From assembly GCF_001447785.1 (NCBI RefSeq), contig NW_015162578.1:100050-161329 (forward strand): a stretch of DNA of 61,280 nt, written 5' to 3'. The notes under the pieces are model-generated. The model saw only the letters and a list, made by a program, of their open reading frames with translations. It searched no databases and had not been told where the DNA came from. This stretch comes from Gekko japonicus. Taxonomy: Eukaryota. Every line of letters begins with the position of its first letter. The stretch's first letter is position 1. Below are positions 12,314 to 26,230 of the stretch, in pieces. A program made the position numbers and the translations under genes.

Positions 12314-14100
12314 CATGGCTGAACTAGAATTGGAGACATACACTACTTATGACCTGACTTGGCCAAGTTTTCAGCCTCCGTATTCTATATCAATTGAAGC
12401 TTCCAAACTAAACAGAAAATGTTTTGATAGACAATTCCAGAGGTAACAATGTATGGTGCCAGGGTCAAAATCCGTGTCTGAGAGAAGCCAGTCACGGTGG
12501 GCTTATAACCTCCATTGACGAAACCAACTATCACTGCCTGAGAATTCTCACTGTGATTTTCCAATGTGTAGATAGATGCTGCTGCTGATGATGATGATGG
12601 CAGACAGACAGACCGAGAAGGAATTTTCCTCAAATGCAAATCTGAATATGAATCAGGAATGCAATGAACACATTCCTGGATACTCACCTGGACCCTTGTT
12701 TCATAATGAATTTTCCGATCATTGTCTGAAATTAGGTATTCCTTTGCACACATCCTGCCACTTCAACAATCAAGCAATCCACAAGGCATCCACATGTCAT
12801 AGCTGGGTTTGCCATGGACACATGTTCAGGGAGATTAAAAATACAACTTTAATCCCCCATGGAAATCCAGTGACCTGTTGTGAAAAAGAGCATGCTATGA
12901 TCTGGATCATTACAATAGTGTTCCCATTTGTCACCTAAGACTACTGTCTCATCCCCGCATAATCAAGGGGTTGTGATGACACGGGGATTAGACCACAAGG
13001 GACATCATTAAAATGTATATGTATAACTGAAGTTTCTTTTTTATTATTTGAATATACTGTTTGTGTATGTTGAGATGTAAAGATACGAAGAAAAAAAATT
13101 ACCAGCTACATGGCTCATGAATTTGTGGAAAGGCAGGACCCCTGGGCTCTTACCTACAGACAGGACACTAAGCAATGCACTGATTTCAATGGGATGCATC
13201 CAGCCAGCTTTCCCACTTGTAACTACTCAAAAGGCTATGCTGCAGATTGTGCATATGAACAAAAGCTTCCTGGCATTGCATAATACCCAGGGTCATTGCG
13301 TTATTTAAAAATCTGTACATTAAATGTGCTGCTGTTGTGCCTGAACTATTGACTGCATTCTTTAGTGACATATGGTGAATGTTTTCTTCTTCCAAGAACA
13401 GAAGGGCTGGCTATCTGCTTTGGCATCTTGGCCCATCAAGTTTAGGGGGAGAGTTCAGATCGTAATTGAACCCATACCTACAGCATCATTAATTATGTGA
13501 ACATGACCTCTGCGTCACCTGCTTTGCTATTATAAAAGAGGAATGGAACATCCCTCAAGACTTGTTGGCCAGATGTATTGGCTTGACATTGTCCCAAATC
13601 CAGAACGGGAAAGGCTAGTCAGTAGTGGTGCTCTGTCCAGCAGGATCAGGCTTGCATCAATATAAGGGTGACGATCATCACCCCCAACCTCCTAACACTC
13701 TCAGTCCAGAACACCATTTAATATACTTCTTTATTCCACAACAACAGAAAAATATGGGCAGATAAATTCTTTCTCAGTGTAAATAAATTATGTTTAGGCA
13801 CAATTCCACTGAAGCCAAAGATGAGATGAAGCAAAGACAGATATGAAGTAAGAAAAAGGTGAGTAAGCAGAAAGTAAGACAAAATCTCTCACAATGCAAT
13901 CCGAAGGGGGGGGGGTGAAAATGCTAAGGGAGCTGACTAGTCATTACTTTGGCCTATCTTGTAGTAGTGGTTGGCTCCCAAAGCCTGGGAATGCATGCAC
14001 TCAATGGTGGAAAGGTTTGTTTGCTTGTTTTTGCCATCAACTCACAGCTGATTTATGGCAACCCCTTGGGGTTTTCAAGCCAAAAGAAATTCAGAGGTGG
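12314..14100. promoter_or_regulatory. Duplicated OR upstream cassette, copy 1 (homeodomain + O/E-like motifs)
   Basis: Homologous to 23490-27420 and, inverted, to 37400-39840; minus-strand ACATTTTAATGATGTCCCTTGTGG at 12993-13016; plus-strand donor AAG|GTGAGT at 13859. Confidence 0.55.
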
Positions 14101-14334
14101 TATACTATTGTACCAACCCTCCTTAGCTCCCAACTGGCCCGTAGCTAACATGGGGCCCACGGGGCCCGCCCCCCTAGTGTTTCTTCTGGGGCCCCTCTCC
14201 TGGGCTGCCCCCAAAGTGCTCCATCTTACCACCCGCACTGTACTTTCATTTAATTAGCTGGACGGCCCCCCGAGGCCCCCTCCCCCCTAGCTACAGGGCT
14301 GGCTCCCAATATATAATGAGATAGAGCTCTCTCT

Positions 14335-15815
14335 GTGTGTGTTATGTGCCATCAAGTCACTTCCAATTTATGAAGACTCAATAAATTGATGACCTCTAAA
14401 ATGCCCTATTGTGAACAGCCTTGCTCAGGTCTGGCAAACTGAGGGCCATACCCTCCTTAATTGAGTTAATCCATCTCATGTTGAGTCTTCCTCTTTTCTC
14501 ACTTCATCAAAAGTTTCTTCTTGGAACAATATGTCATTCTTTTATCTATTTTGTATAGTTCTTCAGGGTATTGTTCACAACTTTCCCCTATTTTGTCTCT
14601 TTCAGTTAATGTATTATCATGTCCATGCTTTCAGTTTCCCTTTGATCTCTCTTCTGTTCTCTTCCATTTCTTTACAGTGCTTATTATTATAGTTCTCTTT
14701 TATTTATTGTCAGATGTATACCCTGCCCTCCCCGCAAAGCAGGCTCAGGGCAGCTTCCATAACATAAATGCATGATAAAAACATAAATAATACAAATTAA
14801 AACAGTTAAAAATAATACATTACAAAGTGCTGGTGGCAGTTAAAATTCAGTCAGAAGGAATGCTTTCAGATGGATTTCCAGCTTCCAGCATAAAAGTGCT
14901 TAGATGTTATTCTGCTCGTCACTCTTATGGCAGCTGTTCAATGATGACTTTGTGGGCTGTGCACTGCGGTGGCAACCCCTAATTATATGCCTGGCAGAAG
15001 AGCTCCATCTTGCAGGCCCTGCGGAACTGCAAAAGGTCCCACAGGGCCCTGATCTCCTCCGGGAGCTCGTTCCACCAGGTAGGGATCGCCACCGAAAAGG
15101 CCCCGGCCCCAGCCCCAGTAGCAGCTAGCCTGGCCCCTTCTCTGCCTCTATGTGCAAGTTACTGAAATACTGCATTTTGACTTCTGATTCTATTTCTGTC
15201 ATGTTTTACTTTTGCTTCTTGTCTATTTTTTGCAGTTTTACAAGTGTCATCAGTCATACATTGAAGCTTTTTTATTTCTTTTGGCTACAGGAATAGTCTT
15301 TGCACATTCTTCCTGGAAAATATCTCTGGTTTCAACTCATAGTTCATCTGGCTCCCATTCACTTGAATTCAGTAAGGCAAATCTGTTCTTTACATGGTCT
15401 TTAATCTCTTCAGGAATTATGTTTTGATTTTATATAGACATTATGAATGATTTGGAATTTTTCTTGAACTTTATTCTTATTTTTGATATTAACAGTTCAT
15501 ATTCTGTTCAAAAATCACCTCCTGGTATTGTTTAGTAGAGAAAATAGAGCTCCTCCATCTTCTGCTTCTGATTATGTAATCCATTTGATTTCTATATTGG
15601 CTGTCCAGTGATGTCCAGGTATACAATTGTCTGTTTGGTTGTCTGAAACATGTGCTTGCAATGAAGAAATTGTTGTCTTCACAGAGTTCTATGAGTCACT
15701 CTCCTGCTTCATTTCATGCCAGTAGCCCAAATCCTCCAGCATTATTCAATTCTGCTTTGTTTTCTGCTTTTGTGTTCCAGTTAACTAATATCATCACCAC
15801 ATCTTCTTTAAGTGA
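14335..15815 (-). mobile_element. RTE/BovB-type LINE remnant with a nested L2 3' fragment (~14695-15130)
   Basis: Antisense translation near 15570-15715 gives NEAGE..IELCEDNNFFIASTCFRQPNRQLYTWTS..QYRNQMDYII (APE endonuclease); RTE-like 3' end at ~14340. Confidence 0.7.
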
Positions 15816-15839
15816 GTGAACTTTTTTTTTCTCGGCACA

Positions 15840-16280
15840 CAGACACATACACACAGTACTCCACTCAGTTATAACCTTTGTATCATTCTATGCTAACTAT
15901 GTATTTTTAAAATATAGGTATAATTTTAATAATTTCATTATTGGTTTGTTGACAGTTATGAAAATGTATGATATAGGTGAAGCACTGACAGTAAGTCCAT
16001 TTGTAGAAGCCTCTGAATTCCATGTGCTTTTGGGAGTATTGAGGAATTTCTCCACTATGTTTATTATTGTGGTAGCCTGGGCCATCTGGCTGGCCACTGT
16101 GGGAAACAGGGTGATGGGCTAGATGGACTGTTAATTGTATTCTTAAAATATTCTCTTCAACTTGAGCAACAGGACACATGTTCAGGATGTTCAGGATGCA
16201 TGCCATCAGTTTTTATTGACCTGCATTGAGCTACATATCATTCCTGACAAGTGAAACTAGAACTCAGAGCATTGTCCCCA
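15840..16280 (+). pseudogene. Orphan, internally deleted copy of the upstream region of OR B1 (no CDS)
   Basis: Matches ~30480-30560, ~30985-31258 and ~34130-34180 in order, ending about 95 bp before the ATG position. Confidence 0.7.
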
Positions 16281-16690
16281 CTTGGCCTGCAAGATGGAGC
16301 TCTTCTGCCAGGCTTTTGAGTGGGAGCCACTGCCGTCACTATTCCACCACTGTGGTACTGTTCCATCATCTACCCCTATAATGGGGGGGGGGGTACGTGT
16401 CACCTAGTGGAAGTGGGGAGAACATAACTGCTGGAGCCCTCAGTATTTAATAAAGCTGGCCGTCGATTTGGGATTATTGTCCATCTTGGTAATTTAAATA
16501 TAGGATAATAGAGCACCTTAAATACTATGAATTTTATTGTGGATATGTAATATTGTTTTATTGTATTTTATCTATTTAATCTTGTATTTTATCTATTTAA
16601 TCCGGCATTAGCCACTTGTTAGCTGCCCTGAGCCACTTGGAAGGGCGGGATAAAAATCTCAAAATAAATAAATAAATAAATAAAAATAAA
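16281..16690 (+). mobile_element. L2-type LINE 3' end
   Basis: gcctgcaagatggagctcttctgccaggc...gccctgagcc...gggcgggataaaa(ataa)n. Confidence 0.6.
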
Positions 16691-17052
16691 TTGGCGCATG
16701 CGGGAAGGGGCGCCAGAAGGTAGCCCCGCTTGGGCGCCAAAAAACCTCAAGCCGGCCCTGTCCACCTACAATTAAAAGCTGGCTTGTATCACCAGACCAT
16801 ATAAAGTTCTGAAAGAAGGGAGGTGTGTTCAGCAGCAGCTCTCTCATCAGTGTGGATTCCATGCAACATGCACACTCTTTCTCAGTTTTTCAATGGGTTG
16901 AAAAAAGACCAAGTCATCTTTGGCTATTAAAAGACTGGGGTGGTGGTGGCACTCATGGGAACTACAAAAAGAAAACTCATATGTCATGGGGAATGTGACA
17001 TTAAAATAGAAATTAGCAACATTTAGCAAAAACACCAGCCAAATCAACCCCA

Positions 17053-17985
17053 TTATTTTGATTCTTTTATTGGTAATGAGATCATTTTTCTAATTAGTTT
17101 TCTAATAGTATCCTTAATTTCTCTGTTTCTCAGAGTAAAGATCATTGGATTTAACATTGGAGTGATAAGGGTATAGCAAACAGAGGCTATTTTGTCTCCT
17201 GGAAATACCCGGAAGGGACGGTCATAAATGAACATTCCTGGAACAAAATTTAAGCTTATAACAATGATTTGTGCACCACATGTGGACAGGGCTTTGTGCT
17301 TTCCTTCCGTGACATGAGTTCTGATCTTTATCAAAATGACAGTGTATGATACAAGTAAGACACAGAAGATTAGTGTGAGAAGAAATCCACTGTTTGAAAC
17401 CATCAGTAGCTCTGTGATGTATGTATCTGTACAAGCCAGTTTGATGAGCTGTGGAACATCACAGAAGAAATTGTCCAAAATATTGGATCCACAGAAGGGC
17501 AGCTGAAGTATTAATGCTACCTGTATAATGGAGTGGGCAAAGCCACCCAACCAAGCACCTGTCACCAAACCAACACACACTCCTGGATGCATAATAAGCA
17601 AATATTGCAGTGGTCTGTAGATCGCTATGTATCTGTCAACAGCCATAACTACTAGGAAAAAGACCACAGTTCCTCCAGTAAAATGGAAGAAGAATACCTG
17701 GGTAATACACCAGTTGTAGGAGATGGTATTTGTGTGAGAGCTGAGGTCCCACAGCATTTTGATTGCAGTCACTGTGGAGTCACTGATGTCTGTGACAGCC
17801 AGGTTGGCCAAAAGGAAGTACATGGGTGTGTGGAACTGAGGCATGAAAATCACGGTAATGATGATTGTCAGATTCCCCAGCCACGTTATGATGTAAATGG
17901 TGAGGAAAATGAAAAAGAGGATGGTCTGCACCCTCGGATTCTGAGAGAAGCCCAAGAGAATAAATTTTGTTACTGTCGAATTCAT
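17053..17985 (-). CDS. Olfactory receptor, OR4D-like, paralogue A2 (310 aa)
   Basis: Intact ORF highly similar to A1; ATG at 17985 (the track start is TTG). Confidence 0.96.
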   Translation of the reverse strand: MNSTVTKFILLGFSQNPRVQTILFFIFLTIYIITWLGNLTIIITVIFMPQFHTPMYFLLANLAVTDISDSTVTAIKMLWDLSSHTNTISYNWCITQVFFFHFTGGTVVFFLVVMAVDRYIAIYRPLQYLLIMHPGVCVGLVTGAWLGGFAHSIIQVALILQLPFCGSNILDNFFCDVPQLIKLACTDTYITELLMVSNSGFLLTLIFCVLLVSYTVILIKIRTHVTEGKHKALSTCGAQIIVISLNFVPGMFIYDRPFRVFPGDKIASVCYTLITPMLNPMIFTLRNREIKDTIRKLIRKMISLPIKESK

Positions 17986-20250
17986 TGCCAATGTGAAAAG
18001 TGAGGATTTAATTTCTGCGTATTACATACCCAGATGTTACTCAGTTCATTATTTCAAATGGTCTATAATTTTTGCATTCAGTTATATGAGAAAGTGAACT
18101 TCTATTCATTGGGTCAGCTGAGCACATTCTTAATGATTCTTAATGATAGTTTATCAATAAGTAGAGACAGCTGTGTATCTGGAGCCAGAAGTTCAATTCT
18201 GAAACAAATTTAATCAAAAAGCAAAATTAGGTGGTTCAAAAGCATAAATCATGCTGCCATCCTATATATAGTTAGGCTACGGTCACATTAACTTCAATGA
18301 GATCCAAAACAACGTAGGCTGCAATCCTAAGAATACTTCCTTCCAGAAAGTAAGCCTCATGAAATAAAATTAGACTTTCTTATTATTAGACCTGCTTTGG
18401 ATTACTCTCTGAATTTTATAGTATGCAATTACCATCTCTAGTGAGAGGAAATAAAACCTAACAGTAGCTATTGTGTTCATAGAAGGCATATGGATAACAC
18501 CATTAGTCTATCCCCATCATGTACCCCAATATGGCTTCTTTCTTACTGGTTTGGGAAATCCATTAATAAACAGATTACCCAGAGCCCATCTTGCTTTGTA
18601 TGAACATAATGTGACTACCACACAGTTAATAGCACCCTCCTCAAGTCATAAAACTTTCTAAGGGGGGGGAGTTACGGTGGGAGTGCAGTTATATCCCATA
18701 ATTTCTGTTGTTATATCCCATAATTTCTGTAGCTTTTAATTTCCACCTAAACTAAAAGACCTCACAGGTTCCTATGCTTACCAGCATAATGTCTAAAGAA
18801 TGAGTTAGTGCTAAGTATTATCCTACCTGTGGACTACTGCAGTCCTATGATTCTGAATGATGTGAGCATCTTCCCATCTTCATTTCTAGATGTTTCACTT
18901 GTTGGAGATAGAAGGTTCCCCCCCCCATTCTGCCCATTTGCATTGATCATGTTCCCAAGGTGATTCTTTCTCTTATGCCCTATGCAGAGTTTCTGTGAGA
19001 GTCACCATTTATATGCTAAAACCAGAACTGATTAACATGTAAATTTAATTGGGAAAAAATCAGGAAAACAAAAAAGAAAATGGTGCAGATTTGCAGATTC
19101 TCATGCGTTATCAGCACAGGAGAGAAGATAAAATAACATGGGGGCTTTGGAGCTGAAGCATCAGTGAGAAGAATTTCAAAATCATCCCTAGTGTAAATTT
19201 AGCTCTTGTTGATTTCAGTGAAACTTACTCTGAATTAAGTGTGCATAGAATTGTGTTCTTCAGTACTTCATTGAACAGACTAAGGTAGTTATGCTAAAAT
19301 CAAGCATAAATGTGATTCTGGTGAGCTCTTTCACTTGTTAAAACTCCAAATATTCTTCAACAGCCCAACAAACTGTATGTTTTATACTGCAATTCTAAAC
19401 AGAATATATCCCATTGAAGTCAGTGGGCTAATAAAGGTATAGCTTTGCTTAGTATGGCATTGTTAATCACCTCAGAAAATGTCACACCTCTCACACCACC
19501 ATAATTTTAATTATTTACCTATCTGTGAGCACATTCCAATCATTGGATAATGGATTGGAAAATAATTTTAAGAATATATTGGCATATTGTTTAAAGCAGA
19601 TGCCTTATTTGCCTTTTTAAAAAATGCATATGCTTTAAAATGCATATACATTCTCTGCCATGGAAGTGACTATCAACATGGTATACAATCATTACAAGAC
19701 TCTGTGGTGGATTCAACCAGCTTTTGCAGCTGGTGTTCCCTTTGACCACCATGACCCTCAAAAACTATACCGGAGATCATGTCATTGCATGGATAAAAGT
19801 CAATTTGGAAATGCATGGGAAGGGTCTGAGAGCCATTCTCTGGTCCCCATCCCTAGGTTCTCTTTTGAAAGTAGGATTCAAATAATGTCAGACTTTTAAT
19901 ACATTGATTATGACTATCACTGACCATAGGAAGGAGATGGGTCTCTTTTCTAGACTGATGGAGATTTTCTCTCCATTCTTACTTAAGCCATTTGTTCATA
20001 AGGCAGTTTGTTCATAAGGAATTTGATGGAGCTAGTAGGGCTGCTAAATGTCTGATATCCCATAAATTGCAACTTATGAGAAAGCTTCGGACTGATAGTT
20101 CGGTGAAAGATCTCCTGGCTGGTAAGCAAATTGTACAGGGGGGAAAAAACTGCTGCCAGAATGAGATCCTGGCAGATGCTAATCAAGGCTGCTTAGTGTG
20201 ATGAGACATCCAGATTCTGGTTGATTGTCTCCTCTTCTTTAAAAACTAGA

Positions 20251-20590
20251 GGTAAAAAGGTAAAGGTAAAGGTTTTCCTTGCTCGAAAGCCAGTTGAATC
20301 TGACTCTAGGGGGTGGTGCTCATCTCCATTTTCAAGCCAAAGAGCCAGCACTGTCCAAAGACATTTCTTTGGTCATGTGGCAGGCATGACTAAACACCGA
20401 GGCACATTGAATGCTGTTACCTTCCCACCAAAGCGGTACCTATTTATCTACTTGCAGTTTCGTGCTTTAGAACTGTTAGGTTGGCAGGAGCTGGGGCCAG
20501 AGACGGGAGCTCACTCCCTCACACAGCACTAGGGTCTCGAACTGCCAAACTACAGACCTTCTGATCTGCAGCTCAGTGTCTTAACCTCTG
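20251..20590 (-). mobile_element. Sauria SINE
   Basis: (AAAGGT)n is the antisense ACCTTT tail; ggtggtgctcatctcc...ggtacctatttatctact body. Confidence 0.8.
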
Positions 20591-20599
20591 AGTCTCTCT

Positions 20600-22450
20600 C
20601 ATATTACTGCAGTTTTCATCATTGTATTCGAAGTCAAATTATGATGACAATTTGCCACAATGTCTCTTGATCTTCCAGAATAGCAGCCCGTCCTATGTAC
20701 AGAGACAGAAAACCTTATTAAAGGACTCCATATTCGGAAGGCCACAGGTCCTGATAGTATTCCAGCAGGATTTATTAATAACTCAGACTTGGGTATCACA
20801 GTTTTCATCATTGTATTCTAAGTCAAATTAGGATGACAATTTGCCACAATGTCTCTTGATCTTCCAGAATAGCAGCCAGTCCTATTTTCAGAGACAGAGA
20901 ACCTTATTAAAGGACTCCATATTCGGAAGGCCACAGGTCCTGATAGTATTCCAGCAGGATTTATTAATAACATGGACTGGTGGGTGCCTCTTTTGGCTAA
21001 TAATTTTATTAGAGTGAACTCAACTGGTGTGATGCCCCCTGAATGTTGTTCTAGTATACTTGGTACAATCCATAAAGCTGGGTATGAAGACAATTCTAAG
21101 AACGCAACCCATTAGTTTGATGTCAGTTTTAGGTAAGATCTATGCAATATTTTTGTTGAGCAGACGTCACTCTCGGATGGCTGATTCTAAGATCATTGTC
21201 CCAGATTTTATTAGAGCGAACTCCACTGGTGTGATGCACCCTGAATGTTGTTCTAGTATACTTGGCACAATCCATAAAGCTGGGTATAAGGACAATTCTA
21301 AGAACTCAACCCATTAGTTTGATGTCACTTGTAGGTAATATCTATGCAGCATTTTTTTGAGCAGACATCACTCTTGGATGGCTGATTCTAAGATCATTGT
21401 CCCAGAACAGATAGGCTACTCCCCAAGTGGGGTGTAATAGTGATGGTCACTTAAGAACTTCCTTTCTTGTTATCCAGGTGGTTCAACAGGACCATATTTA
21501 TTTAGTTTGTATTTGTCTGATTTGCGAGTTTTTTTTTTTACTGACCCCATCCTTTATTTGCCTAAATTACTGGATGTTTCAGTCCCTCTTTTACTTTACA
21601 CAAGTGACTCATTTTTACTTTCCCAAAACTTGGTTGCTTTTCTTTGGGGTTTGAAAACCCATACTTATTGTTTACATGATTATAAAGTTTGCACCTGGCT
21701 CTTTGATCAAAAGAGAGACATGGATACTTAATGGGTGGAAGATCTTGCAGGTTTCCTCTTTTAGGTATTTTGGCTGTGTTATTTCATTCTACCTTGTCCT
21801 GGAGATGTCAGAAACAATTGGTCACTCAGAAGACTATGGCTACTATGAAGACCATTTTGTGTTTCTTTTTTTTCTCTCTCTAATGGGACACATTATATTC
21901 CAGTGGCTATTAGAGTTTTTAACTCAATTGTGATTTCACAACTTTTGTATGGCGTCTTTATATGCATTTCTGCTCTGGACAATTCTACACATACAGTCCT
22001 TGTTTATTCAGGCAATCAGTGAGCTCCCATCATCAGCCCTTTGTTATGACTTTGGTCTTAACTCTATAGAGGCCTGTGCCTCGGTACAAGCCTTTAATTT
22101 TTGGTTCCATCTGATTTTGAGGCCCCTGTGGGTAGCTTGGTAAGACTCCCTGGTTCCAGCTTTTTGAACAGAACTTATCTAAAAGTGGAGGATTGTTTTT
22201 CTTCCTCTATAAATTAATTCAAAAAAACATGTGGCCTAACTGTTTTGTGCCAGAGACAGGAATTACACTCACTTGTTCTCCATTTGCCTGGGGCCTTTCA
22301 TCTAAGGGTAAATTCCCTCCTTATTTAGATTCCTTGCTTAGTCCAAAGTAATGTGGGACCTTTATGCATTCATGATTCAACTGCCCCTTTTCAATGGTAT
22401 CGCTAGGTCATCTTCTATAGATCCCTTTTTCAGATCAGTTATATCTCTGC
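20600..22450 (+). mobile_element. Old degraded LINE (RTE-X-like) with two ~190-200 bp internal tandem duplications
   Basis: KATGPDSIP and QPISLMSVLGKIYA remnants; duplicated units at ~20610/20800 and ~21005/21206. Confidence 0.6.
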
Positions 22451-22477
22451 CCATTCCAGTCAGTGGTCTCTCTTGAG

Positions 22478-22769
22478 AGCCAGTTTGGTGTAGTGATTAA
22501 GTGCGCAGACTCTAATCTGGGAGAGCCGGGTTTGATTCCCCACTCCTCCACCTGCACCTGGCTGGATGACCTTGGGCAAGCTGTAGTTCTGATAAGAGCT
22601 GTTCTTGAAAAAGAGCAGTTTCTGTCAAGAGCTCTCTCCACCCCACCTACCTCACAGGGTGTCTGTTATGAGGAGGGGAAGGGAAAGGAGTTTGTAAACT
22701 GCTCTGAGACACCTTTGGGTAGTGAAGGGAGGTGTATAAATCCAATCTCTTCTTCTCCTTCTTCTTCTT
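22478..22769 (+). mobile_element. tRNA-derived SINE (Squam3-like)
   Basis: A box tggtgtagtga, B box ggtttgattccc, (TTC)n tail. Confidence 0.8.
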
Positions 22770-23626
22770 GTACATATTCTCCTGCAATATCTTTACGTGT
22801 ACTCCAGTTTAGGCTAAAATGGATTATGCCATGCCTTGATTAATGAAATTGGAGCAAAACATTCAGTTCCTCTCAGAGGACTCCGATTCTCAATGTACTT
22901 ATTTTATTGCTTGATTTCTAGAGGCTGCAGAAAAGTGTCAAAGAGAAGGGTTTTCAGATACGGGTTTTATTTAAGTTTTTTGGTTTTATTGTTCGAGTCC
23001 TTGGTATAAGAACAGGGGGATGAAAGCAAAATGAGTGTGTAACTGGCATGGACAAAAGCTATGTAGGAAGTGCTATATAGTGTGCAGTAGAGCTGAGCAA
23101 GATTGAGCAAAAAAAGCTGGCGGGATTCAATGTAAGGAAACATCTAAAGTCATAATAAAATTAAGGAGAAACTCTGCAGCAGAAACCCAATTCCAGTGTC
23201 AGTAACCATCCAAATTTCAACTAGCAGTCAGAAAGCCAGAAGCAAAACTGCAAAACAATCTTTACTTAGCAGGTCAATCTACGGAGTAGACATCATCATT
23301 AGAAATGCTTTAAATTCATGGAGTTCTCTGATTCTTCTTGGATGGGAAATTGATTAGCATTTATCCCACTGATTGGGTATTCATGGTACAGGAGAAGACA
23401 AGTATGCAGGTCCCAGCCTGTGCAGCACTTTAATGGCCATCACTAGAACTTTTAAGTGGGTCTGGGTACATCAAACAAAGGTACTATGATGGAACTGGAA
23501 TTGGAAACATACACTACTTGTGACCAGGCTTGGTCAGCTTTTCAGCCTCAGTATTCTATATCAATTGCAGGTTCCAAACTAAACAGAACATATTTTGCTA
23601 GTAAGTACAAGAGGTAACAATGTATA

Positions 23627-23960
23627 GTAAAGGTAAAGTTTTCCCTTGCTCAAAAGCCAGTCGAATCCCTCTTTAGTGGGTGGTGCTCATCTCAGTTTCC
23701 AAGCCGAAGAGCCAGCATTGTCCAAAGACACTGTCTGTGGTCATGTGACTGGCATGACTAAACGCTGAGGTGCACGGAATGCTGTTACCTTCCCAGCAAA
23801 GTGGTACCTATTTATCTACTTGCAATTTCTTGCTTTCAAACTGCTAGGTTGGTAGGAGCTGGGAGCAGAGATAGAAACTCACTCCGTCACATGGCACTAG
23901 GGTATCAAACTGCCAAACTACAGATTTTCTGGCCTGCAGCTCAGCATCTTAACCTCTGAG
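23627..23960 (-). mobile_element. Sauria SINE
   Basis: Similar to 20251-20590; absent at the equivalent site in cassette copy 1. Confidence 0.8.
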
Positions 23961-24873
23961 GTGCCAGAGTCCAAATGCATGTCTGAGAGAAGCCAGTCAC
24001 AGTGGGCTCATAACCTTGTTTGACAAAACCAACTGTCACTGCCTGATAATCTAGAAGCAGTTCTCACTGTGATTTTCCAATGTGTGTCTGTGTGTGTGGG
24101 GGGGGAAATAGGTAGAAGGAATGTCTGTGTAACAAAATAAGGCTGTATCTTCGTAAGTTTTAGGAGCTCAAAATACAAAAAACCATGGCGAGTTCTTTCA
24201 AAGCTATAGGGAAAAGAACGTTATGAAATGATTATTCCTTTTCCTTCCTTTTCTTTTCATTCAGAGATGGATTTAAGGCTGTGTAGTATTTTCCTCAAAT
24301 GAAGAACTGAATATGAATCAGGCATGCAATGAACAAATCCCTGGATACTCACTTGGACCCTTGTTTCATAGTGAGTTTTCTGATCATTGTCTGACATTAG
24401 GTATTCCTTCGCACACGTTCTGCCACTGCAATAATCAAGCAATCCATAAGGTATCCTCATGTCATAGCTGGGTTTGCCATGGACACATGTTCAGGGAGAT
24501 TAAAAATACATCTTTAATCCCTCGGGAAAAACAGTAACAAGTTGTGAAAACAGCATGCTATGATCTGGAACATTACAATGGTGTTCCTATTTGTCACACA
24601 ACAAGAATGCTCTCTCATGCCTGCACAGTGGAAAAATAATCAAGGGGTTTTGGTGACATGAGGATTAAACCACAAGGGACATCATTAAAAAAGTATATGC
24701 ATAACTGAAGTTTCTTTTTTATTTGAATATGTTATTTGTGTATCTTTTTTAAATAAAGATTTTATTAATTTTCCAAAAGAAAAGAAAAGAAAGGAGAAAG
24801 CAAAAAGCACATACAAAGTGAGAACGAAAAAGACAAAAAAAAAGCCTACCCAGCAATGTAAAGATGTAAAGAT

Positions 24874-26230
24874 ATTGCAATAGTAAATAAATTTATTTGG
24901 CAATCTAAGAAGCCAAGAATAAAATTTAAAACTTGCAGGACAGCAAAGAGAGAGGAGGCCTGGCTGTGCCCAACTGGCAGCTGTACTATTTTGCAGCAGC
25001 AATGACTTGGATCAAAGAGTGGATGGAACTAAAAGATGTGAGAACCTTAGCGTTAGAAGGAGCGGATTTGTTAATGGGGTGGCATGCGTACATATGGTAC
25101 GGAAAGGATAAAATCCATGCCAACTTCCATACAAATATAATAAGAAGCGCCTTGATGAAAATCTGGAACATAATAAAACAAAAATTCTACATTAAAACCT
25201 CCTTGTGGGTATCTCCATTAGAGGCATTTACAAAACCAACTTTGATAATAGAAGAGACCAAAGAAACATACAGTAGGCTATTAAATGAAAAAGTAGAATT
25301 AAAAGCAGATGAATTAATAAAAAAACAAAACACACAACTGTCATGGTGGGAAATAAATATAATTAAAGCAAGATACATGCTATATAAGAAAGTAGGATTC
25401 TACACGACCCTTAATGAAATGGACAAAATCTGGCTTTCGTCAAGTGATAAATTAATCCAGAAAATATATAACAAGCTGTTAGAGGAGGATCTCCAAGAAG
25501 AAATTATTAAAAACACAATAGTAGCATGGATAAAAGAGTTAGGTTATACACTAGAAGCAGACCAATGGCAGAAAACATGGAGTTCAATAAAATATGAGAG
25601 CGACGGCATATAAAGAAGATATCTACAAAATGTTTTACAGATGGCATTGGACCCCTGAAAAAATTGCCAAATGCTTTCCTAATGCTTCTATCTTATGTTG
25701 GAGATGTGGAAGTAATATAGGATCTTACCTCCACATATGGTGGAGATGTGGTAAAATACAATCTTTTTGGAAAAAAATATATAAAATCTTTTTGGAGACG
25801 TTTAAATTAAACATCCGTCTAACGCCCGAAACATATCTGCTTAATATGATTCGGGACAATATAAAAAACCACAAACATATAATAATCTACACTTTAACAG
25901 CAGCAAGAATTTTGATAGCTAAACGTTGGATGTCAAAAGCCATACCATCCATAAAAGAACTTAAACACAAGATTCTGGATATAGCGGAAATGGACAAGCT
26001 GAGTTTAGTATTGAACAATAAACCAGAGGATCTTTTCTTGAATAGATGGAAGATAATCTATGACTGGCTAAAACACAAGAAGATAGAATAATGTTTAGTT
26101 AATGCTAGTTTAAAATAATGGATTGGAAGTAACAAGTGGATCATTATTTTAAATCTATGTATAAAGTAAGAGTTGACTTATGTATATATTGATGTAAAAT
26201 GGAATGAAATTGTGAAGATAATTTTTTTAA
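24874..26230 (+). mobile_element. 5'-truncated L1-clade LINE
   Basis: GGLAVPNWQLYYFAA and CWRC...HIWWRC knuckle; 14-bp TSD AAAGATGTAAAGAT (24860-24873, 26231-26244). Confidence 0.88.

Noticed and set aside
11788-12343. Long X-containing ORFs (also at ~36.0, 37.5 and 55.2 kb)
   Set aside because: Artefacts of assembly gaps
12385-12938. ~120-aa ORFs in the repeated cassette as a novel gene family
   Set aside because: Frames and stops are not preserved among the three copies; no recognisable motifs
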